Below, piece by piece: positions 48,016 through 57,658 of a stretch of 64,000 nucleotides of DNA. How positions within the stretch are numbered: position 1 is the stretch's first letter; every line of letters starts with the position of its first letter. The stretch comes from an uncultured Gammaproteobacteria bacterium (lineage in GTDB: Bacteria; Pseudomonadota; Gammaproteobacteria; Pseudomonadales; Pseudohongiellaceae): assembly GCA_913048385.1 (NCBI GenBank), contig CAJWVZ010000005.1, positions 54,268 to 118,267 on the forward strand, read 5' to 3'. Position numbers and translations under genes: made by a program. The notes beneath the pieces were generated by a model, which saw nothing but the letters and a program-made list of their open reading frames with translations, ran no database searches and was not told the origin of the DNA.

Positions 48016-48071
48016 TGAATAAGAAGTAAAAATTCTTGGATTTGGATGAGTCGTATGAGGAGTGTTTCAAT

Positions 48072-50468
48072 ATGCGAAAAGACAATAATTCCTTCCTCAG
48101 GCCACATCTCTTACTTATCTTTACAAGTCTGTTTGCAGTTCCTGCGACAATTCTTGCAGAACCAATTTGGCAGTTCATTAATCAAGGCTCACACCAAAGC
48201 ATTCTTGAGTCAATCAAAGCCCCTGCTTCCGCCTCTGCAGGGATGCCAGTAGAAATTTCCCTCGGAAATCTTAAATCATTAAATCTTAACGATGAAATCG
48301 AACTCAAGACGAGCCCCAGCGCCTCTATCTTTTTCGATATTGCTGACTCTTTGACTTTTCCTAATGGAGATAGCAGCTGGCACGCTGCAAATGATGAAGA
48401 TGGCCTCCTTGAGACTCTTTCAATGACAGCTGGCAAGAAATTCTTCATAGCCTCATTAGTCGCCCAGGGCAATTCCTACAAAATAATTGCAAAAAAACAG
48501 GCCAGTAAAGAAAATTATATAGGCTGGATTTACAGTGAAAATCCGTCAATTTACAGACCAATCAACGACACCATTCTTGAGAGGGATTCAGACTCTGAGA
48601 CAGACAATCCACGTTCCTTCTCCGCCTTGGAAGAGCCAGCCTTAGACCTTCAAATTTCGGACAGTACCCCGAACCGGTTCTTCTTTATCGGAGATAGCGT
48701 GACCTGGTCATTTACGATTACAAATCCCTTTTCTGAGACTACTAATCCACTCACTCTCTCGATAGGTGGCAAGTACGTTGAACCTCCGTTCGAGACTGCA
48801 GAAATTCAAAAGGACCTGACAGACTCTTCTGAGTGGATAAATCTTCCAGCAAACTGCTATAAAAAGACCTACGAAGAGTCGAACCCTTATCGAAAGTTAG
48901 GCGAAATAGAATGCCGGGTTGATCCGATCGCGCCCAAGTCGACAAGAACGCTGAACCTTGATAGCAAGTTGCGTGCCGACTTTTCCGTTAATGATCTCGC
49001 CTACGGTAACGCTTTAACGTATCCATTCTCAAGCGTGACAGAAGACAAAACCTATAGAACCGCCTTTGGCGACTACGCCCGCTCGATTCGCGGACCCTTG
49101 CCGGTCGAGGATGTGTTAATAGACTCCGATGGCGATGGCATGAGTGACTTTAATGAGACTCTCATCAATAGCGACCCTGCCAAGAAAGATCGAGCTCCTG
49201 CCAGAGATGTAGAAATCGACGTGGTTGTGCTCTACACCTCCAACTTTGTTGAGGACATTTCGATAGACGCGGAGACCCAAATCAATAATTCATTTACGAT
49301 TGTTAATGAAATGTTTGCGGGCAGTGAGACAGGAATACGTTTTAATATCGTTCATTATGAGCAACTCGATTACGTCAACAACTGCACCGCCGAACGATGC
49401 ACTGATGGGCAGCGCTGGAATGACACTCAGACCGTCATTGCTGAATATGGCAAACGTGAAGAAAATCAATGGCAATTCAGCGAAAAGCTCAGAGCACTCT
49501 ACGGTGCCGATTTCGTTTTTATACTAGATGGTAAGAGAGGTGACGACCCAACGGCAGGTCAGGCCGAGAGCGGTGTGAATAACCGAGGATACTTCGGTCT
49601 ACAAAAGCATAAGAGAACGGCGTTCGTCCATTACAACGAAACCGGATTTAATCTTGATGAGGAAACGATGAGCCATGAATTAGGCCACCTATTCGGCCTC
49701 GGGCACTCGCGGCGTCAGGCCCGACTCCTATCTGCTGAGTGGGCCGATGAGTCTGGCACCTTCCCCTGGGCGCAGGGTTTTGGCGAAGATGATCGGTTCA
49801 CGACCATCATGGCTTATCCAAGTTTTTTTGGTACTGATCAACGAATCCGTCGATTCTCAGATGCCAACCGCTCAGACTGCGAGTACACCCAACTAAAACC
49901 CTATAAAATCATTACAGGAAACGCCTGTGGTATCGATCGTTCAGATCCGGTGAACGGTGCGGACGCCGTCGGCGCGATGCGGATAGTTCGTTATCAGATA
50001 GAACAATTTTCACCGCCAAGACCAATTCTCTCCAGCAAATCATCGGACGGCAAGGATTATGACTCAAGATTTCTAGCAGGATCCATCAATGGCACCGAAC
50101 TTGGCTTTAAAACTAAATTCTTACCCAGCGACAGCATCAACTCCGCGGCAACGATACAGGTAGACCCTGCGCACGCAGGAAAAAATGGGGTTACCCACAT
50201 CATTATTGTCGCAGGGGCACTTGGGGCATTACAGGTAGACTCATCGGGGAAATTTGTCAACTTAGACTTGGCGCAGCCAAATCTGGTAGGGTCAATTAAT
50301 CCGAGACCCCTAAAAGCTATTGAGAATCTCAGCGTCCTGAATGAACTCACTCCAAGCTTACTTGGGGTTTCATCAGCCAAATTAGAAATATATTTCGGCT
50401 ACACCTTGGAAGACAGTGGCCTCACCGTTTATTCAGAAAACCCTCTCACTGTCCAGATCAACCAATAA
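48072..50468 (+). CDS. large secreted metzincin-type zinc metalloprotease
   Basis: Signal peptide from ATG 48072. HELGHLFGLGH zinc site with a downstream TIMAYP Met-turn. DSDGDGMSDFNE calcium-binding-type loop. Confidence 0.7.
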   Translation: MRKDNNSFLRPHLLLIFTSLFAVPATILAEPIWQFINQGSHQSILESIKAPASASAGMPVEISLGNLKSLNLNDEIELKTSPSASIFFDIADSLTFPNGDSSWHAANDEDGLLETLSMTAGKKFFIASLVAQGNSYKIIAKKQASKENYIGWIYSENPSIYRPINDTILERDSDSETDNPRSFSALEEPALDLQISDSTPNRFFFIGDSVTWSFTITNPFSETTNPLTLSIGGKYVEPPFETAEIQKDLTDSSEWINLPANCYKKTYEESNPYRKLGEIECRVDPIAPKSTRTLNLDSKLRADFSVNDLAYGNALTYPFSSVTEDKTYRTAFGDYARSIRGPLPVEDVLIDSDGDGMSDFNETLINSDPAKKDRAPARDVEIDVVVLYTSNFVEDISIDAETQINNSFTIVNEMFAGSETGIRFNIVHYEQLDYVNNCTAERCTDGQRWNDTQTVIAEYGKREENQWQFSEKLRALYGADFVFILDGKRGDDPTAGQAESGVNNRGYFGLQKHKRTAFVHYNETGFNLDEETMSHELGHLFGLGHSRRQARLLSAEWADESGTFPWAQGFGEDDRFTTIMAYPSFFGTDQRIRRFSDANRSDCEYTQLKPYKIITGNACGIDRSDPVNGADAVGAMRIVRYQIEQFSPPRPILSSKSSDGKDYDSRFLAGSINGTELGFKTKFLPSDSINSAATIQVDPAHAGKNGVTHIIIVAGALGALQVDSSGKFVNLDLAQPNLVGSINPRPLKAIENLSVLNELTPSLLGVSSAKLEIYFGYTLEDSGLTVYSENPLTVQINQ

Positions 50469-50489
50469 AAACTCTCGACTTAATCACAA

Positions 50490-51299
50490 TCAGTAATCGA
50501 TTAGCCCCTCCGTAAGCTCAATAGTCACCCCCGCAGGGTCAACAATAAGGGCTATTTTTAAGCCAATAGACGGTAGCTCTCTTAGCGGCGCAAGAAGGAC
50601 CACACCCTTGCTCTCTAACTCCCGACAGAACGCCTCCAAGTCAGAGACCTCAAAACCAATCCGATCTATTGCCGTGCCCCGAGTTGGTAACCTTTCGTCA
50701 GAAGAATTCGCAAAACTCAGGTTCATCCCAGGAACATTCGTAGTTGTCTCTATATTCCCGCGGGGACGGACATCCAGTGAAAAAATCTCGGTGTACCATT
50801 CGAGCAACTCTTTATACTGATCAGTATAAAAATGCACGTGATACCCTGCTATATCTTTATGAAGCGCTTGATCTTCTTGGAGCTCGACATAGGCTCCATC
50901 AGGCATGGTGACGTAGGCGTTCTTCTGCCCCTCGGCGCCAATGAACTCCGGCCCCACTTCATACCCGGCGGCTCGCCACTTGGTCAAAAAATCAGCAATA
51001 CTTCGAACCTTGAATCCAAAATGATCCATGACGGTATCGCGAGAGCCCATTGAGACATCCTGCTTCGACAGCGCAATAATCATGTTTGGCATCCGAACCG
51101 TTGTGAGCGGCCCTTTTTGAACGACCACGCCATCAAAATGCTCAACCCAAAGACGTTTGTGGAGCTCAATGTCACTTACGTTTAAATGGACTAAACCGTA
51201 TGTCAGCCCAAATTCATTCGGAGTCGCAAGCTGACCCTGAGAGATCGTGCTGAGAAAAATGGTGAGGAAAACGCAAAATTGATAAAGATAATTAACCAT
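50490..51299 (-). CDS. secreted two-domain VOC/glyoxalase-family protein
   Basis: Signal peptide. Duplicated HFGF/RIGFEV...VELQ/IELT beta-alpha-beta-beta-beta modules. Confidence 0.6.
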   Translation of the reverse strand: MVNYLYQFCVFLTIFLSTISQGQLATPNEFGLTYGLVHLNVSDIELHKRLWVEHFDGVVVQKGPLTTVRMPNMIIALSKQDVSMGSRDTVMDHFGFKVRSIADFLTKWRAAGYEVGPEFIGAEGQKNAYVTMPDGAYVELQEDQALHKDIAGYHVHFYTDQYKELLEWYTEIFSLDVRPRGNIETTTNVPGMNLSFANSSDERLPTRGTAIDRIGFEVSDLEAFCRELESKGVVLLAPLRELPSIGLKIALIVDPAGVTIELTEGLIDY

Positions 51300-51320
51300 A
51301 CTTAAACTCCCTTCGACACT

Positions 51321-51980
51321 TTACCGCCGCCCTTCATTAACGACAATTGCAATAGATTGATTACCAACATTTTTCATCGTATAGGCAAGGTCCGCGTTTT
51401 GCCAAACCCACTCTCCTACTCGGTCGAGCTCCTCTTTAACACCATCCTCTCTCGCAATATGTACGACACCGGGAGTAACCTGAGCAAGAAACCCCGGCAT
51501 ACTATGCCGAACCAAAGGTGACGACTGCCCGGGCTCTAACTCAACACGGTAAGAACGAAACCACGGATTTTCCAGCTGAGGAGCTCCATTTATTCCCTCC
51601 GGCCTATCAATAGTTCCAGACTTTCCTTGTCCCCCATTAACAAAAGCTAAAATACGCAGTAAACCAGGACCGCTATTATTAATTTTGTGAACAAATGATT
51701 CAGAAGCGTAATCGGTAATAGCGCTTACCCCCCCGTCCTGAGGGCCACTAGCAGAGCTTATGCGGGTAAGCAAAATTGCTTGATCATGTAAATGATCTAA
51801 CGATTGGTCACCAGGATTAAGCTGAACATCTAATAGATACAAGCTCCCATCCTGAAAAACAGTGCGGTGCCGGGGCTCATCCAGAAGGTGCACCACTCTG
51901 CTTGTCGAGCCCATGCAGCCAGCCACGGTAGTAAAAACAACCGACAGTGCTGCACTTTTTATTACCCTTGAAAAAACCAT
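51321..51980 (-). CDS. hypothetical lipoprotein (possibly cupin-like)
   Basis: GGGAGGG RBS before ATG 51980. Lipobox VAGC. No confident family. Confidence 0.45.
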   Translation of the reverse strand: MVFSRVIKSAALSVVFTTVAGCMGSTSRVVHLLDEPRHRTVFQDGSLYLLDVQLNPGDQSLDHLHDQAILLTRISSASGPQDGGVSAITDYASESFVHKINNSGPGLLRILAFVNGGQGKSGTIDRPEGINGAPQLENPWFRSYRVELEPGQSSPLVRHSMPGFLAQVTPGVVHIAREDGVKEELDRVGEWVWQNADLAYTMKNVGNQSIAIVVNEGRR

Positions 51981-52141
51981 AAAGCCCTCCCTTTCTTTTT
52001 TTACCGATGGCTTACCCTCTCTTGTAGCCCATAGCAATAGCCACACGTCCCAGCCGTCCACTCCCCTGCAGACGCTAAGAACCCAATAAGAAGAGTTTCT
52101 GGAACCAGAATACGAAAAAAAATCAAACTAAGAAAGTAAAA

Positions 52142-52777
52142 CTATGGAGCCAGGCGCTCTATAACCCACACATCTTTTTCGAGGCTGTAACGAAACCGAT
52201 TGTGAAGTCGATTAGCCCCACCTTGCCAGAATTCAATTTCTGAAGGAATTACTCGATAACCACCCCAACGCTCAGGAAAAGGCACCTCGCCGCTACCGCA
52301 AGCAGTTTCATAATCGCGATACCTTTTCTCTAACTCGTCCCTCGACGAGATTACTTGGCTCTGCGGAGATACGGCAGCCGCTAACTGGCTGCCTCTTGGG
52401 CGACTATGAAAGTATTTTTTAGATTCCTCCAGTGCCAACTTTTCAACAACACCCACAACTCTCACTTGTCGCTCAATCGCGTGCCAGGGGAAGTGTAGAC
52501 ATATATTTGGATTTAAATCCAAATCACTCCCCTTTTTACTTTCATAATCGGTATAAAACACAAAACCAAGCGCATCAACATGCTTTAATAATACGATCCG
52601 TTGGCTTGGCTTTCCATCGGGCGCGACCGTTGCAACAGTCATTGCAGGCGGGTCAACAACATCGGACTGAAAAGCTTGAGCAAGCCAATCCTCAAATTGT
52701 TTGATTGGATCTTCTTCCAGATCTACGCGCCTTAACTCTCCCTTAAGGTATTCACGTCTGTCGTCGTGCAAATCCAT
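52142..52777 (-). CDS. pdxH: pyridoxamine/pyridoxine 5'-phosphate oxidase
   Basis: RIVLLKHVD..GFVFYTDYESKKG, IEFWQGGANRLHNRFRY. Confidence 0.9.
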   Translation of the reverse strand: MDLHDDRREYLKGELRRVDLEEDPIKQFEDWLAQAFQSDVVDPPAMTVATVAPDGKPSQRIVLLKHVDALGFVFYTDYESKKGSDLDLNPNICLHFPWHAIERQVRVVGVVEKLALEESKKYFHSRPRGSQLAAAVSPQSQVISSRDELEKRYRDYETACGSGEVPFPERWGGYRVIPSEIEFWQGGANRLHNRFRYSLEKDVWVIERLAP

Positions 52778-52809
52778 ATAAAGTTCCTTAATCTAAAACA
52801 GCAAGCGTG

Positions 52810-53418
52810 TTAATCAATCAATTTTCCATATTCCCAATTCTGCTGCCGAATCGTACCCGTCGCATAATAAAAAACTCCTTTGCCGTGTTTCTTGTTGGCA
52901 AAAAATCTACCGACAAATTTTTGTCCGTCTGGCCAACGATAGGTCCCCTGCCCGTGATAAAAATCATTGACAAAATCACCGGTATAATTCTCAGTATTCT
53001 CTCGCAGCCAAAATTCAGAGTTCTGATTTTCAGTCCACCTTGGCATATTAATAAAGTAAGACCCCTGACCTTCTCGCTTGTTATTTGCCCACTGCCCGAT
53101 ATAAAGCTTACCGTTGCCGTTCCAATGAGTCCCTCGCCCCTTTCTAATGCCTTGATCCCATTCACCAACGTAAATTTCTTTCTCCACCGATGAAATGGGT
53201 ATCTCCAGCCGCCCCTGACCATGAAAAATACCAGCCCGAAAATTGCCTGAGTAAAACCCTTTCCCGAACGAAGTCTTAAGCTCCAGCCGCCCGCGCCCAT
53301 CGGCGCAATCGCCGTATACACATTCTCTGCTCGTTACTCCGTCAAGCGACTGAGCAAAAATATCTGTCATAAGCAGTGAGAGGAGGGCTCCGATATAACT
53401 AAGGCTCAGAGGATGCAT
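52810..53418 (-). CDS. secreted MORN-repeat protein
   Basis: Signal peptide. At least six Y-x-G-x-(W/F)-x-x-x-x-x-x-G-x-G repeats (e.g. YVGEWDQGIRKGRG, YIGQWANNKREGQG, YTGDFVNDFYHGQG). Confidence 0.8.
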   Translation of the reverse strand: MHPLSLSYIGALLSLLMTDIFAQSLDGVTSRECVYGDCADGRGRLELKTSFGKGFYSGNFRAGIFHGQGRLEIPISSVEKEIYVGEWDQGIRKGRGTHWNGNGKLYIGQWANNKREGQGSYFINMPRWTENQNSEFWLRENTENYTGDFVNDFYHGQGTYRWPDGQKFVGRFFANKKHGKGVFYYATGTIRQQNWEYGKLID

Positions 53419-53427
53419 CTGTTTTCC

Positions 53428-56064
53428 TCAACTAATTCTTCGAAGTAAAATAAGCGGACTTACCCGAACAACTTCTTTCGTAGAATTTAAACCAAGTGCA
53501 CCAATAACCAGCATCCCGGCCAAAGGTCCGGCAATCCAAACCCAGTAATGCAAGTCAAAACTTTGGTTAAAAACCCTTTCTTGAAGATAAAACAGGCTGG
53601 CTTCCGCACCAACAGTTGCAATAAATCCGGCCAAAACTCCTATAGTGGCAAACTCTATTACCAGGCTTGACAAAATAAGTCGGCGGCCAGCGCCAAGAGT
53701 TCGCAAAATAGCATTTTCATAAAAGCGCTCATCTAAAGTTGCATTAACACATGACAATAAAACAAGGGCTCCACTTATTAAAACTAAAAAAAAGATTAAT
53801 TCGATTGCTGAAGTCACCTGAGCAATGATGGTTTGGACTTGTTCTATTAACCCATCGATTTCAATCACCACCATCGTAGGAAACTGACGAACCAAGTCGT
53901 TAAGTAATACCTTTTGTTCTCTCTCCATTAGTGCCGTCGAGAGAAACGTTGCGCCGAGGTCGTCAATGGTTCCTGGCGAAAAAATTATATAAAAATTAGG
54001 TTGCATATTGTCCCATTGAACACTCCGGAAGCTGCTTACCTCCGCGCTCACCTGCTGACCCAGAACTTCAAACTCCAGACTGTCACCGATTTCCAAGCCC
54101 AACCATCCCGCATATTCCTCTTCAATCGACACATACCCCGGGCTAGCAGACTCATCCCACCACTCTCCCTCAACGATTCGATTATCAGACGGAACCTCAG
54201 CTGCCCACGTAACCTGCCTTCGACTCAATCTTCCCCGCACTTCTTCACCCTCTACTTCAGCCTCCCTCCCGAGCTTAGCAGAACCTTCTTCAATTTCTCG
54301 AGTCTCCGCCCCACCGGCTAGCGTTGTTCGCTCTCCCCCATCTCCCATCTCCCCCTGAGGTTCAGGATCCTTACCGTTCACTCGCTCCACTCGGGCACTG
54401 ATCAGCGGATAAAACGCATTCCCCCTGATCCCATTCTCATCAAAGAACTCCTCAATACCCTCTATTTGTGATTGAGAAATATTCATCATAAAGTGGTTCG
54501 GGGTATCCTCAGGCAGCTGAGCCTGCCAGTCAGAGATCAAATCTGTTCTTAGTAAAGACAAAATCAATAGGGACATGATGGTGATTGCAAAAACCATTAT
54601 CTGCAGAACATTTTGTTTCCGCCTTCTTCTAGCGGCACTCATAGCGAGTTTCCAGGAATTTCCTGCTTTCATCCCGACAGAGCTAGTGCTCTTAAGCAAG
54701 GCATAGGAAAAACCTGACAACATGACCGCGATAGCTGTTACAGCAGCCAAAAGAATGAAGGTTATGAGTAAGTCGTTGCTGTACCAAGACACCAACAAAA
54801 CACTTCCACCCAGGCCAAAGATGTATGGCATTCGGTCGCTTAGCTTCTCGGGTGAAATATCTTTACGTAAAACCCTAAGCGGCGGTGTTTCTCGTAGAGC
54901 CAACAGAGGCGGTAAGGCGAAGGAGAGCAAGCATACAATCGCCGTTAACGAACCAACAATATAAGGGCGGACTCCAGCGGGAGGCAAATCAACAGCCAAG
55001 ACCGTTTGAAGCAACTCAAGAATTCCCGCATGTGTGAGCCATCCTAAAATGCTACCAAGACCGATGGAGACAAGCACCAACACCACCTGAATCATCAAAT
55101 AAATTGCAGCAATTTGATTGGAGGTACATCCAAGCGTCTTCAGTATTGCAACATAGTCATAATGACGCTCGCTATAACGCTTTGCAGTAAGCGCAATAGC
55201 AATGCCGGCAAGCAAGACAGCAAAAAGAGAGCCCAACATTAAAAATGATTCGGCTCGGCTGAGCGCCTCACTCACCTCGGCACTCTCATCACGTACATCT
55301 CGCAAACGGTATTCGCTGTTGAACTCTTCATCAATCCAAAGAGAGAAATCATCTAATATCTCTGGCTCAGTATTTGCGAAAAGGAACCGATAAGTCACTC
55401 GGCTCCCAAGCTGGACTACGTTGGTCGCTGCCACGTCATCCATGTGCAACATCACTCTCGGACCCGCGTTATCGACCATCCCACCACTAGATCGATCAGG
55501 CTCTGTAATAATTATGTGTGAGACCCTAAGCGTTGATTCTCCTATATAGATCTTGTCCCCTATCTTTAACTCCAGTGCCGGAAAGGCCCTTGATTCGAGC
55601 CATGCCTCACCGGGTCTGGGGCCGCTTGCGATTGGAGTACCACGCACAAATGGAGCGTCAGCGATAATAACTTCTCCCCGCAAGGGGTAGGCATCGCTAA
55701 CCGCTTTTGCCGAGACAAGCATATTACTCGAATCTGAGAAAGCCATCGAAGTAAAGGATAAAGTTTCTGCGGTTTGGAATCCGCGTGTCTTGGCTTCTAT
55801 TAAGATTTCTTTTGGCAACGGCCGACCGCTGCGCAGCATTCTGTCAGCAGCAAGCATATTTGCCGACTCAAGCACTAAAGCTTTCTCTAGCCGATCAGTA
55901 AAGAGGGCTATCCCAGTTACAGAGGTCACCGCCATCACCAATGCGAGAGACAAAAGCTTTAGTTCACCGCCGCGCCAGTCTCTCCATAACAAACGCGCGG
56001 CGAGTGAGATAAGCGTGCTAAAGGATCGCTGTCCACTAAGGTCTAGTTCTAATGATCTAGCCAT
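53428..56064 (-). CDS. ybbP: FtsX-like ABC transporter permease, YbbP type (duplicated)
   Basis: 878 aa with two FtsX-type 4-TM modules and large periplasmic loops. Start overlaps the ATPase stop. Confidence 0.75.
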   Translation of the reverse strand: MARSLELDLSGQRSFSTLISLAARLLWRDWRGGELKLLSLALVMAVTSVTGIALFTDRLEKALVLESANMLAADRMLRSGRPLPKEILIEAKTRGFQTAETLSFTSMAFSDSSNMLVSAKAVSDAYPLRGEVIIADAPFVRGTPIASGPRPGEAWLESRAFPALELKIGDKIYIGESTLRVSHIIITEPDRSSGGMVDNAGPRVMLHMDDVAATNVVQLGSRVTYRFLFANTEPEILDDFSLWIDEEFNSEYRLRDVRDESAEVSEALSRAESFLMLGSLFAVLLAGIAIALTAKRYSERHYDYVAILKTLGCTSNQIAAIYLMIQVVLVLVSIGLGSILGWLTHAGILELLQTVLAVDLPPAGVRPYIVGSLTAIVCLLSFALPPLLALRETPPLRVLRKDISPEKLSDRMPYIFGLGGSVLLVSWYSNDLLITFILLAAVTAIAVMLSGFSYALLKSTSSVGMKAGNSWKLAMSAARRRRKQNVLQIMVFAITIMSLLILSLLRTDLISDWQAQLPEDTPNHFMMNISQSQIEGIEEFFDENGIRGNAFYPLISARVERVNGKDPEPQGEMGDGGERTTLAGGAETREIEEGSAKLGREAEVEGEEVRGRLSRRQVTWAAEVPSDNRIVEGEWWDESASPGYVSIEEEYAGWLGLEIGDSLEFEVLGQQVSAEVSSFRSVQWDNMQPNFYIIFSPGTIDDLGATFLSTALMEREQKVLLNDLVRQFPTMVVIEIDGLIEQVQTIIAQVTSAIELIFFLVLISGALVLLSCVNATLDERFYENAILRTLGAGRRLILSSLVIEFATIGVLAGFIATVGAEASLFYLQERVFNQSFDLHYWVWIAGPLAGMLVIGALGLNSTKEVVRVSPLILLRRIS

Positions 56065-56777
56065 CAGCGGACGCTCTTTTTATCGACTTCATGAGAAGTT
56101 TTTTCATCGCTCGATACAACCCCAGCAACCAGTCTCACAATTCTCCCGCAACGCTTAGCCAATCTATCTTCGTGCGTGACAAGAACTAAAGTTGTCGCAA
56201 ATTCTTTATTCAAATCAAACAAAAGCTCAACGATCCTCGCGCCAGTTGCAGTGTCGAGATTTCCTGTCGGCTCATCCGCAAAAAGTATCTTTGCTTCAGT
56301 CGCAAAAGCGCGTCCAATAGCAACTCGCTGCTGTTCTCCACCCGAAAGCTGATTCGGATAATGATGCGCACGCTCGGATAAACCTACCCGATTAAGAAGT
56401 TGTAATGCCTTTTCTCTTGCCGAATTCTCGCCCTTAAGTTCGATAGGCAGCATCACATTTTCGAGAGCTGTCAGACTCGGTAATAATTGGAAAGACTGAA
56501 AAACAAAACCGACCAACTGCCCACGAAGAATGGCTCTCGCCTCTTCATCCATCGACGCCAAACTATGGCCAGAGAGAAGAACGTCACCTGAACTAGCTGC
56601 ATCAAGCCCAGCCATTAAGCCCAGCAAGGTCGATTTTCCAGATCCGGACGCACCAATAATCGCGACTGTGTCCGCAGCATCAATCTCAAGGTCTATATCT
56701 CTGAGGATTTCTAAAACACCCTCAGTCGTTGGGACGCTTTTGCAGAGTTTCTCTACTCGGATCATGGCCTGCGGCAT
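56064..56777 (-). CDS. ybbA: ABC transporter ATP-binding protein, YbbA type
   Basis: GASGSGKST, LSGGEQQRVAIGRA and ILFADEPTGNLD. Divergent from tesA, as in E. coli. Confidence 0.8.
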   Translation of the reverse strand: MPQAMIRVEKLCKSVPTTEGVLEILRDIDLEIDAADTVAIIGASGSGKSTLLGLMAGLDAASSGDVLLSGHSLASMDEEARAILRGQLVGFVFQSFQLLPSLTALENVMLPIELKGENSAREKALQLLNRVGLSERAHHYPNQLSGGEQQRVAIGRAFATEAKILFADEPTGNLDTATGARIVELLFDLNKEFATTLVLVTHEDRLAKRCGRIVRLVAGVVSSDEKTSHEVDKKSVR

Positions 56778-57039
56778 TGTTTTTTCCTGTGGAACTCAAA
56801 TTATGTTTAATGCATTGATTTTTGGGAGATAGGATTGTCTAGTATTCAGAAAAAGACAGCAACTCTAGACTCAAAGAATTGACAAATTCAAATTAAATGA
56901 ACTGAGCTCAAAATCGTTGATAGGCCTGTAGTTGAACCTAATATATAAAAATAACGTGCAATTTAATACAATTGGTGTTGATGCTATACAATACGCAAAC
57001 AGAAAGCGTTCAGTTTCTAAAAGCCGAGCTATAGAACCC

Positions 57040-57645
57040 ATGAGTCGTATCATCAGCTTAATTGCTATTTTTACATGTTCGACACTCCACGCCGATCCTA
57101 AATTGCTAATTTGGGGAGACAGCCTTAGTGCGTCATATGGAATTGAAGAGCACCAAGGTTGGGTAACACTGTTGCAAGAGCGTATTAATTCACAAAATTT
57201 ACAGATAGACGTCATCAACGGAAGCGTCAGCGGCGAAACAACCACAGGCGGGCTTTCACGCCTCCCGTCAATGCTCAGCGCTAACCAACCAAATTGGGTG
57301 CTAATTGAACTCGGCGGTAACGATGGCCTCAGAGGTCTCCCGCTTTCTTTGATGCGGGCAAATTTCAATTCAATGATCGAAATGATAAAGAATACCGGCG
57401 CTCAAACGATCCTCGCTGGAATGCAAATCCCACCTAATTATGGCCGAAGATATACCGAACCATTTTTTTCGCAGTATTCTGAACTGGCGGCGCAACATAA
57501 CCTACCACTTATTCCATTTCTAATTGATGGCATCCCTCAGCGACCAGAGCTTATGCAAGATGACGGGATACATCCTCGAGCGGAAGCGCAAGGGATCATT
57601 CTAGAAAACGTTTGGCCGGTTCTCTTTCCCTTGCTGGGCCCGTGA
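57040..57645 (+). CDS. tesA: SGNH/GDSL arylesterase, TesA-like (acyl-CoA thioesterase I / lysophospholipase L1)
   Basis: Signal peptide from ATG 57040. LIWGDSLSASYG, ELGGNDGLRG and DDGIHP blocks. Confidence 0.8.
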   Translation: MSRIISLIAIFTCSTLHADPKLLIWGDSLSASYGIEEHQGWVTLLQERINSQNLQIDVINGSVSGETTTGGLSRLPSMLSANQPNWVLIELGGNDGLRGLPLSLMRANFNSMIEMIKNTGAQTILAGMQIPPNYGRRYTEPFFSQYSELAAQHNLPLIPFLIDGIPQRPELMQDDGIHPRAEAQGIILENVWPVLFPLLGP

Positions 57646-57658
57646 CCAGTCGTGTTTA

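Noticed and set aside
52807-53321. ORFs of 128 aa (+) and 167 aa (-) overlapping the MORN-repeat gene
   Set aside because: The MORN frame shows a regular repeat structure and a signal peptide. The alternative frames are artefacts of the repetitive codon pattern.
56871-57368. 165-aa ORF on the - strand across the ybbA/tesA divergent promoter region and the tesA 5' end
   Set aside because: It is antisense to a well-supported GDSL esterase gene and has no recognisable motifs.
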